From contig JBHLMG010000003.1 in NCBI GenBank assembly GCA_048938385.1, positions 85,190 through 128,752 on the forward strand: a DNA stretch of 43,563 bases, given 5' to 3'. This DNA comes from Promethearchaeota archaeon (lineage in GTDB: Archaea > Asgardarchaeota > Hermodarchaeia > Hermodarchaeales > Hermodarchaeaceae). The position numbers and the translations under genes are program-made. Below the pieces are notes generated by a model. The model saw nothing but the letters and a program-made list of their open reading frames with translations. It made no database searches and was not told the DNA's origin. This document shows, in pieces, positions 18,431-25,568 of the stretch (the stretch's first letter is position 1; every line of letters starts with the position of its first letter).

Positions 18431-19207
18431 TTACTTTTTGTATTGGTTGTTTAACAGAGACTCACAATTTTTGTATAGCTGCTCGATATTTTGAGCGAAA
18501 AGATGGCTGGGATTAGTTTGCACGAGTATTTGTCGACTTCCTAATTCAATTAATCGTGTAAACAAGGGGATCACCGTTGCGACTTGGGTGTCGAACTCGC
18601 GTTCGATGTCTTTTTCCACCTTGTCAAAATCATAGATGCCCGGACACTTATTGCAAATGATGTAGGTGGCAGGTACTCCGAGCTTCTTTGCCAAGGCAAG
18701 AGTAATGGCTGTGCCTAAGAAATCTTGTTGATCCAAACGCATGATGACGAACAACAAGTCGGTCGTTGCCATGGATAATAGGGTTTCTTGATCGAGTCCT
18801 GGGTGAGTATCGATAAAGAGGTAATCGAGGTTCTTTGCTTGCATTATGCGCTTGAATCCTGTTCGGAGTTCCGAAACTTCATAGCCTTCTCGAATGATAG
18901 CGGAAATATCGTCTGCGTTCAAGCTTGCCGGGATGATATTCAAGCTACCAGCTTTGAGTTTCATGGCTTTGGTGTGGTCTAAAGTGGCTTTTTCAATTGT
19001 GCATTTTTTACGCAGATAATCGTTGAGAGTGTAGCGGAACCGGTAACCACCGAGTCCAAACAACACATGGAGGCCAGGGCTCTGAATATCTGTATCCATG
19101 ACTCCTACATTGCGACCTTTCATAGCAGCCCACATGGCAAGATTGGCGGTAAGGTTGCTCTTCCCCGTCCCACCACGGAAGCTGTGAAGTGTAATGATTT
19201 TACCCAT
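18431..19207 (-). CDS. MinD/ParA-family ATPase
   Basis: Deviant Walker A HSFRGGTGKS, DTDIQSPGL, DYLFIDTHPGL. Confidence 0.9.
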   Translation of the reverse strand: MGKIITLHSFRGGTGKSNLTANLAMWAAMKGRNVGVMDTDIQSPGLHVLFGLGGYRFRYTLNDYLRKKCTIEKATLDHTKAMKLKAGSLNIIPASLNADDISAIIREGYEVSELRTGFKRIMQAKNLDYLFIDTHPGLDQETLLSMATTDLLFVIMRLDQQDFLGTAITLALAKKLGVPATYIICNKCPGIYDFDKVEKDIEREFDTQVATVIPLFTRLIELGSRQILVQTNPSHLFAQNIEQLYKNCESLLNNQYKK

Positions 19208-19303
19208 GTTCTAAGCACCCTTGTGCAATTATTCTCCCAGAACTCGAAGGTATGAGATGCAGATCTGTTCGAGTGTTAGGGAAAAGCGTTTTTAAACATT
19301 GGT

Positions 19304-20572
19304 CTAGGTTAACCACTCCACATTCTCCCCAAGTTTTCGTAGAATCGACACTAACTTGCCTTCATCTACTCCAATGCGCTGAGAAATATCACGTGTTGAG
19401 TTATTACCATCAGAAAACGCTGAGGCTTGCTCCAAAATTGCATATTCGTCACGGGTTAATCCAACGGTTTGGAGGTAGGTAAGAAACCGTGCATCACTCC
19501 CGATGAGTTTGGGATAAAATTGCACTCGTCGAATGTATCCCCGTGATGTGAGGTAACTGATAATTTCAATTAACTGGCGGCCTGTAACTCCTGTGCGTGT
19601 GCGTACCTCTTCAACTGTAGAAACTCCATCAATAGCTCGCAACACATCTAATCCAGAATTTCCAAAGAGGTTTCCAAACTCTCGAGCAGGTCCTGTTTGT
19701 TCTGCAAAAAGAGTGCTTTCCATCATCGGGTTCGAAGTGAAAACATCATGATCAAAAAAAGTGAGGGTCTCTTTGGTTTTAGGGTGGACCTTTACCATAT
19801 TGGATAAATCGAGATTACCAAGACCGTATACTAGTGGAGCGATTCGTTCCGCAGCGCGACCCACTTTGAGATCTTCTCGGATAATTACCAGAAGTAAAAG
19901 CTCTTGTTTCACTTGATGAATTAAAAGCTTAGTACCCTTTTCGAGCGTTGTTTGGGATACTGCAAAGTAGGCTGGTAATTCCATATTTTGTGCTTGCTGC
20001 ATTTGCTTAGCGGCTACTTCAATTTCATGCTGCAGTAATTTCGAGGAAATAAAGAAACCATCTTTGGTTACTAATGCTGTTCGGATGATTCCAGTTTGCC
20101 CCTCGGCGATGCTGAGGATGCTTTCTACCTGTTCCAATACTTCTGGAGGAAGAATGGCGGTGGCATGTCGTGGAAGTACTTCAGGTACCCGGTCATATTT
20201 TGCTAGAATGTTAACGACATGTTCTCGAAATCCACCAAATAGGTGAGAGGGAATCACTGATTGTTGTAAGATTTTTTTGTATTGTTTTTCAAAGGATTGA
20301 GCGATTTCTTTGAGAATCACTCGATAGACATGTTCGTCATCCATTTGTTCAATGACGACTATAAAGAGCATCTCTGCCCGGCTCTCATAGATGAATTTGT
20401 TATTAGCAAAGCTTACTACTTGGATTTGCCCTTCACCGATTTCTTCTGCGAATCCTGCTTGAGCTGAAAGAAAACCTGCAACTAACGCATCGAGTTTTGG
20501 AGCCCCACTTGGTGCGAAGTTGAAAAGTGGCACACCGCCTTTCTGTAAAACGATAATCTCTTTGACGGGCAA
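19304..20572 (-). CDS. Longin + roadblock + tandem winged-helix protein (NPRL2-like)
   Basis: Longin (IIVLQKGGVPLF...LVAGFLSA), roadblock (GIIRTALVTKDGFFISS), two wHTH (IDGVSTVEEV...LTSRGYI; SDGNNSTRDISQRIG). Confidence 0.75.
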   Translation of the reverse strand: MPVKEIIVLQKGGVPLFNFAPSGAPKLDALVAGFLSAQAGFAEEIGEGQIQVVSFANNKFIYESRAEMLFIVVIEQMDDEHVYRVILKEIAQSFEKQYKKILQQSVIPSHLFGGFREHVVNILAKYDRVPEVLPRHATAILPPEVLEQVESILSIAEGQTGIIRTALVTKDGFFISSKLLQHEIEVAAKQMQQAQNMELPAYFAVSQTTLEKGTKLLIHQVKQELLLLVIIREDLKVGRAAERIAPLVYGLGNLDLSNMVKVHPKTKETLTFFDHDVFTSNPMMESTLFAEQTGPAREFGNLFGNSGLDVLRAIDGVSTVEEVRTRTGVTGRQLIEIISYLTSRGYIRRVQFYPKLIGSDARFLTYLQTVGLTRDEYAILEQASAFSDGNNSTRDISQRIGVDEGKLVSILRKLGENVEWLT

Positions 20573-20733
20573 AGTCTATCACCCGGGGTGAGATTGCGTT
20601 AGAACACTAAATAGATTAACCTTTGCTTTGGATGGTCTAGAGGAGATGAATTACGAGGTTTTTGGTGAAACCCTTATAATCACTACACCTTAGTAAGGTA
20701 GCAATTCTTGTGAACTCATAGGAGTCCCCAACA

Positions 20734-22254
20734 ATGAAGATCGGGTATAACTGGTCAGTGGCAATGGTATTAGCGCTTCCATTCAGTTGGTTCATCGCGT
20801 ATGTCTTGTACATTCGGTTGCAGATCCTATCAAATCCCGAATATCTTGTTGTCAGCCTTATCGTGATAAGTTGTGGTCTATTTTTGGGATTGTTGGTTGG
20901 TGGGTTTATTGCTGATTATTCGAAAGGGATGCCCTACATCCTCGTTGGAGCTCAAGGGTTGCTTCTTTTCCTTGGAATATTAGAAGTCTTCATTACTCCA
21001 ATTCAGTGGAATTCTCTGTCTGGGACTATCCTCTTATTTCTTTACTTCTTCTTGTTTGCCGTCGGACTTCTTCTATTTACTGGGTTCCTTAATCGTCTAG
21101 TGCCAAGCATCCGACGAGGACGTGTCGCCAGCACTGTAACCATTCTTGCCCTAGCCTTAGGGAGTCTACTGTCATTTATGTGGAATCTTGCTGGCGTGTT
21201 TTACGCTCCCGCTTTAACGGCTGTCATTATTCTAATTAGCCTCGTCGTGGGTGTTGCGGTTAGACCCTGGAGGAAAGAGCTCCAAACCTATCTGGTACCC
21301 GGTTCTTTTGGTCCGTACCTCTTATGGTGGATAATTTACCTAACGGTCTATGGGCTTTACATTTATGCGACACCAAGCGGGTATCGACTTCTCTTCAATA
21401 GTTTGTTTATTCCTGGCTCAACCGTTTTATCTGCTGAAATGGTTTTGCTTGGTCTTAGCGGAGCCATCCTAGTTTTCCTTTTTCTACCCGATAAGCTAGG
21501 TCGTAAACGCGTCTTCACAATTGCATCGTTACTTCTCAGTGAACTAGTTCTGTTTGGTCCTGCGCAAGCTCAGATCGAAATTGCTGAAGTAGTTGTGCAG
21601 GTTCTATTTATTGCTGAAATTTTTGTTCTAGCTTTTATTGTCAGCGTCGGTGCGTGGCTAGTCTGGGCGGAAATCGGTCCTGTTCGACAGAAGGGGCGTC
21701 GCGCTTTTTTGGGTTGGGGACTTTTCGGCCTTCTCTTAATTGTAGTTTGGGTAATGGTGTCGGCTTCGATTGTGGCTCCCATTCCCTTTCTTGTCTATCC
21801 GATTGCCGCCACCTTAGTATTCATGAGCCTTCTACCTTTAATGAACGCCATTGAGGTTTTGCCCAATGAGCGAGTTGTCGAAGACATTGATATTAGCGTT
21901 GATACTCGTCAAGTAAGTCGGGCGCTTAAAGACTTGGTCGTAGACACTTCCTTGAAGAGCATTGAAGAACAGATCGAAGTTGAACTGGAACAACTTCTAA
22001 TGATAAAGGGTGTCACCAAGGTCTATGCGAAAGCCCTCCGTAACGCTGGATATGAAACTCCGACGCTGGTGGCTAGCGCTAACGCTGACATCCTCGCATC
22101 GATTCTTTCTGTTCCTGAAACAACGGCTTCCCAAATAATCGAAAACGCGAAAGCCCTCGCCCAGAGGACACCCAAGAAAGGAGCGTCAAGGAGAACTTTC
22201 CGGCACAAATCTACCAAGACAGAGAAATCCTCAAAAAAGAAAAAGCCCAAGTAA
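20734..22254 (+). CDS. MFS-like membrane protein fused to a C-terminal helix-hairpin-helix domain and basic tail
   Basis: ~12 TM helices with GFIADY and PDKLGRKR motif-A-like loops; LLMIKGVTKVYAKALRNAGYET...IIENAK HhH; Lys-rich tail. Confidence 0.75.
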   Translation: MKIGYNWSVAMVLALPFSWFIAYVLYIRLQILSNPEYLVVSLIVISCGLFLGLLVGGFIADYSKGMPYILVGAQGLLLFLGILEVFITPIQWNSLSGTILLFLYFFLFAVGLLLFTGFLNRLVPSIRRGRVASTVTILALALGSLLSFMWNLAGVFYAPALTAVIILISLVVGVAVRPWRKELQTYLVPGSFGPYLLWWIIYLTVYGLYIYATPSGYRLLFNSLFIPGSTVLSAEMVLLGLSGAILVFLFLPDKLGRKRVFTIASLLLSELVLFGPAQAQIEIAEVVVQVLFIAEIFVLAFIVSVGAWLVWAEIGPVRQKGRRAFLGWGLFGLLLIVVWVMVSASIVAPIPFLVYPIAATLVFMSLLPLMNAIEVLPNERVVEDIDISVDTRQVSRALKDLVVDTSLKSIEEQIEVELEQLLMIKGVTKVYAKALRNAGYETPTLVASANADILASILSVPETTASQIIENAKALAQRTPKKGASRRTFRHKSTKTEKSSKKKKPK

Positions 22255-22317
22255 GACAATGTTTTCCAGTTTTGGGAGGAGCTTGTAAACGACGGATTTG
22301 GGAGGTACACGATAACA

Positions 22318-23973
22318 ATGAAGAAAGGGGGTTCAAAGAGAGCGCATCGGAGGCAAAAACGCCTTGGACAATACTACACTCCTGATTGGGCAGTTGATTA
22401 CATCATCGAACATACCCTAGGTCTGACTCTTGCTGAGCACCCGGACCGCCTTCTGGGCGAGTTTTCCCTCCTAGATCCTGCTTGTGGCAATGGTGCATTT
22501 TTAGTTGGAGCGTTAGGTTTTCTAGCTCAACAAGCCGAATCATTAGACAAGATAAGAAGTAGGCTCTTGTTTCGAAGCATCATAGATAGCATCCATGGAA
22601 TCGATGTTGATCCCACCGCATTGCAAGACTGTAGACAACGCCTTGAAGAGTTAAGTCGTACCGTCCTTGGCATCGACGCAGAGTTCTCCCAAAAAATCCT
22701 CTTAGGCAATAGCCTCGTTCAAACTGATGATGCCGCTCAGACTATTTTTGGTGATAGGCTGAACGATATTCACCCCGTTGATTGGCACCGTGTATATCCC
22801 TGGGTAATGAGAGATGGTGGATTTGATGTCATCGTAGGCAACCCTCCTTTTCTCAGCACTAAGGCCATGGACCCATCTCTGAAAGACTACATTCGCCAAA
22901 AATTCCGAACTGTCCACCAGCAATTTGACATCATTATCCCTTTTATTGAACTTGGACTCCGACTCCTCCGACCCGGTGGTCGTTTAGGATTCATAATCAG
23001 TAACAAAGTCCTCGCTGCTGATTACGGGATCAATCTTCGCAAAACCTTAGTCACAAGCTATGTGATCGAACGAATGGTGGATATTTCTCATTTAAACATC
23101 TTCGAAGATGCCGCTACTTACCCCCACATCATCATCATTCGCCGACCTATTCACCCAGGGGAAACACGAAGTAACAAAATTCGCATCATCCCTCCACCCC
23201 ATCAGCCCAAAGATCTTACAAATGAGTCTGCTATAACCACGCTTCTTCCACAACAATACTATGCAAGCTTACCAAACACCATCCTCGCGCCTACTCTCAC
23301 GGAAAAAAAATTTGCCATTCTTCGGAAAATGTTCCGCAATACCACTCCCCTTGGTAAAGCGTGTAAAATTCGCTGTGGTATAGCAAAAACCGGATTCACC
23401 AAACACCTTCTCACACAAGAGAACTACGAACAGCTGAGTATGGCAAAGAAAAGAAACGCTCTGCCATTTCTTAATGCTGGTGATGTTCGCCGTTATCACA
23501 TACGCTCCAAGAAATACCTAAGCGCGAAAACAGCCCTTGTTTCTGATGACCAGTGGAAAGACTTTCAAGAACCAAAAATTGTCATCGCCGGGATGGCTAA
23601 ATTCTTACGCGCCGCATACGACACGACTGGTCATGCTCTGGGGCGAGTTTATTACATCACTCAAAACCATGCACCCTATCATCCGCTTTACCTTCTGGCT
23701 GTTCTTAATTCACAACTCATTAATGCGTATTTTACCCTCCTTTTTGTGGCCACTCATCTTCGGAGTAACTACATTCGCTACAATGCTACATACCTCGAGC
23801 AAATCCCTCTTGCCCAACCCACTCAACAACAAGAAGATGCTCTCGTAGATCTAGCTCAATATGTCCTAATGCACCCATCCTATCTGAAACGAGGATTGGA
23901 TGAGGAAATCAACCAAGTCGTTTCTGTAATATATGGACTTAGCCCTGAAGAAGTGAACCATTTCCTCGCCTAG
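22318..23973 (+). CDS. N6-adenine DNA methyltransferase, TaqI/Eco57I-like (gamma class)
   Basis: GQYYTP, motif I DPACGNGAFL, motif IV GNPPF, C-terminal TaqI_C-like YLLAVLNS. Confidence 0.92.
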   Translation: MKKGGSKRAHRRQKRLGQYYTPDWAVDYIIEHTLGLTLAEHPDRLLGEFSLLDPACGNGAFLVGALGFLAQQAESLDKIRSRLLFRSIIDSIHGIDVDPTALQDCRQRLEELSRTVLGIDAEFSQKILLGNSLVQTDDAAQTIFGDRLNDIHPVDWHRVYPWVMRDGGFDVIVGNPPFLSTKAMDPSLKDYIRQKFRTVHQQFDIIIPFIELGLRLLRPGGRLGFIISNKVLAADYGINLRKTLVTSYVIERMVDISHLNIFEDAATYPHIIIIRRPIHPGETRSNKIRIIPPPHQPKDLTNESAITTLLPQQYYASLPNTILAPTLTEKKFAILRKMFRNTTPLGKACKIRCGIAKTGFTKHLLTQENYEQLSMAKKRNALPFLNAGDVRRYHIRSKKYLSAKTALVSDDQWKDFQEPKIVIAGMAKFLRAAYDTTGHALGRVYYITQNHAPYHPLYLLAVLNSQLINAYFTLLFVATHLRSNYIRYNATYLEQIPLAQPTQQQEDALVDLAQYVLMHPSYLKRGLDEEINQVVSVIYGLSPEEVNHFLA

Positions 23974-24019
23974 TATATTAGCGCGTTTGCGTTTTTGAAG
24001 GGTTCACAGGTTAAACTGT

Positions 24020-24034
24020 TCTCATATCGTGCGA
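24020..24034. promoter_or_regulatory. Putative operator, copy 1 (TCTCA-tatcg-TGCGA)
   Basis: Matches three further copies at 24876-24979; lies upstream of the wHTH gene. Confidence 0.6.
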
Positions 24035-24087
24035 CAGTAAGATTAAAATGCGTAAACAGAATATTTACCAATGAGAAAAACGAGCTG

Positions 24088-24750
24088 ATGTCTATGAGCT
24101 CCGAAGCAAAAAGCCAAGATGTTATTACTTTCACTCCTGAACGCATTAAAATCGTCCGGGATAAAAAAGAAATTGAAACCCTTTACGACCCCAATCATGG
24201 GCCAATCATTCGTGCTCTCCGAAAAGGGCCCATGACGGTGCGAGAACTAGAAAAAGCTTACGAAAAAGAAGCGAAAGATAAAGAAGACCTTGAAGCCAAA
24301 ACGGACAAAACCATTTATCGCTACCTCAAAGAGCTCAAGGCAGCAAACCTCGTTGTTGAAGCTGGAAAGCGCGTCGTCATCGGGAAAACCGCCACTGAAT
24401 CCCTCTTCTCCCGTACCGCTGAAGCCTTCATTGCCCATGACACAGATGAGGAGCACTGGAGCTGTGACGAAGGGAAAGCCCTTTGCGAAACGGTGGGGCT
24501 CATGCTAGCCAAATCCATGGGCAAAGACAAGCTTGACGAAAAATGTATGGAGCAATTCATGATCGATTTCGATAAAGAAGCCAGCAGGCAAACAGTCGCC
24601 GTCTTGGAAGGCGCGGACGAAAAACTCCTCGACCTGTTTGCCTCCATTGACTGGAAGCACAAAGACAAGGTTCTTTTCTATGTTGGCTGCTTATCCTCAA
24701 TTGTCCATAAACCCCAACTCATTGAGCAACTTCGGGCTTGCCTCAAATAG
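24088..24750 (+). CDS. Winged-helix (ArsR-like) transcriptional regulator with C-terminal helical domain
   Basis: IIRALRKGPMTVREL...KTIYRYLKELKAANLVVEAG...LFSRTA; ATG at 24088 or 24094 preferred over TTG 23995. Confidence 0.82.
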   Translation: MSMSSEAKSQDVITFTPERIKIVRDKKEIETLYDPNHGPIIRALRKGPMTVRELEKAYEKEAKDKEDLEAKTDKTIYRYLKELKAANLVVEAGKRVVIGKTATESLFSRTAEAFIAHDTDEEHWSCDEGKALCETVGLMLAKSMGKDKLDEKCMEQFMIDFDKEASRQTVAVLEGADEKLLDLFASIDWKHKDKVLFYVGCLSSIVHKPQLIEQLRACLK

Positions 24751-24875
24751 CCCGCTCCCCACCTCTTCTTCTTGAAAGCATTTTGCCTCTGTTTGCGTTT
24801 AACATCCGTTGGTTCTTCAATCGTGAGTAGGCGCTCTCTTTGGGGGTGTCAATAAGGTGTGCAGGGAGCCTTTTT

Positions 24876-24983
24876 TCGCTCGATGTGCGACAATTATTAT
24901 TCTATAATAAGGTAGTTTTCGCACACGATGAGAAATCTTTATATAGTTGTGTGCTATATACTGTTCTCAGCCCTTGCGAAAAC
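24876..24983 (+). promoter_or_regulatory. Promoter with three TCKCA-N5-TGMGA operator copies around a BRE/TATA (GAGAAATCTTTATATA)
   Basis: Copies at 24876-24890, 24919-24933 and 24965-24979; TATA-like TTTATATA at 24938-24945. Confidence 0.65.
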
Positions 24984-25008
24984 AAGGACATGATGTGGTG
25001 TAATAATA

Positions 25009-25131
25009 ATGTCAAAGAAGAAAATTAACTTCAGTCGGATCCCAGTGGTTGAACGAGCCGCACTCGGATGTCGGAATCCGACGGCTACACCAGGCCACCG
25101 ATTCGTCTTCACGCTCGTGACCTCTCGGTGA
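25009..25131 (+). CDS. Micro-ORF 1, 40 aa (MSKKKINFSRIPVVERAALGCRNPTATPGHRFVFTLVTSR)
   Basis: Translated by hand; SD-like GTGGTG at 24995-25000; directly downstream of the promoter. Confidence 0.4.
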   Translation: MSKKKINFSRIPVVERAALGCRNPTATPGHRFVFTLVTSR

Positions 25132-25179
25132 GGGACACGAAGAGCCGTAGAATACACATGATGAAAGTGGTGGAGAAAA

Positions 25180-25284
25180 ATGGAACAATGCAGTCTGATT
25201 CATCACCAAGAACGAATGAAAAATAAAACGCGCTACGCGGAATTGGCTTCGCAAGCTTACCTTATGCGAATCATTAACCGGTGA
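25180..25284 (+). CDS. Micro-ORF 2, 34 aa (MEQCSLIHHQERMKNKTRYAELASQAYLMRIINR)
   Basis: Translated by hand; SD-like GTGGTGGA at 25167-25174; helical, protein-like composition. Confidence 0.5.
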   Translation: MEQCSLIHHQERMKNKTRYAELASQAYLMRIINR

Positions 25285-25294
25285 TGATGGTACG

Positions 25295-25414
25295 ATGATG
25301 GGTCTTCTGGAACTCTACATCCTTGGTACCCTTCCGTTGCCCACAAGCAGTAGGTTCGAAAGCCATGATCGGCAGAACAAGGATGGAACGGTTTCAAACC
25401 TCTTGGTTCGCTAA
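25295..25414 (+). CDS. Micro-ORF 3, 39 aa (MMGLLELYILGTLPLPTSSRFESHDRQNKDGTVSNLLVR)
   Basis: Translated by hand; SD GGTGA at 25280-25284; lies almost entirely within the structured element, so may be incidental. Confidence 0.3.
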   Translation: MMGLLELYILGTLPLPTSSRFESHDRQNKDGTVSNLLVR

Positions 25415-25432
25415 GAGATTTCCAGAAGACCC
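25300..25432 (+). ncRNA. Unclassified structured RNA element (~133 nt)
   Basis: Perfect 13-bp closing stem, 8-bp inner stem, UUCG-capped hairpin; G-U pairs work on the + strand; followed by a pyrimidine tract. Confidence 0.55.
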
Positions 25433-25568
25433 TTCTTACTTCTCCTTTTAGTGCTTTTGTGGGGGTTGATGCAAAAGCTTTTTACATAGAGTGCGATTAT
25501 ATTCTTACCCTTGTAGAATATCTACGCGCACTGAGAGAACGAATCACACTTCCTAAGAGGTAATCTCC

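Noticed and set aside
25158-25198. C/D box sRNA (ATGATGA ... CTGA)
   Set aside because: Only 41 nt, no clear D'/C' boxes, and it overlaps the SD and start of micro-ORF 2; a K-turn role is not excluded but cannot be supported.
24840-25254. ORF-track calls 24840-25028 (+), 24954-25157 (-), 25012-25254 (-)
   Set aside because: No protein-like features; they run across the promoter/operators or antisense to the SD-preceded micro-ORFs.
25009-25353. Selenoprotein by readthrough of five in-frame TGA codons joining micro-ORFs 1 and 2, with ATGAT-GGGTCTTCTGG-AA as a SECIS
   Set aside because: The 3' arm is followed by TTCT, not the NGAN needed for the SECIS quartet; the element overlaps the frame; no redox motif surrounds the UGAs; ORF 2 has its own SD and ATG.
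25420-25435. Cobalamin riboswitch B12 box (CCAGAAGACC)
   Set aside because: The upstream conserved core (AGGGAA, GCCCCCGCAACTGT) is absent; the match is just one arm of the 13-bp inverted repeat.
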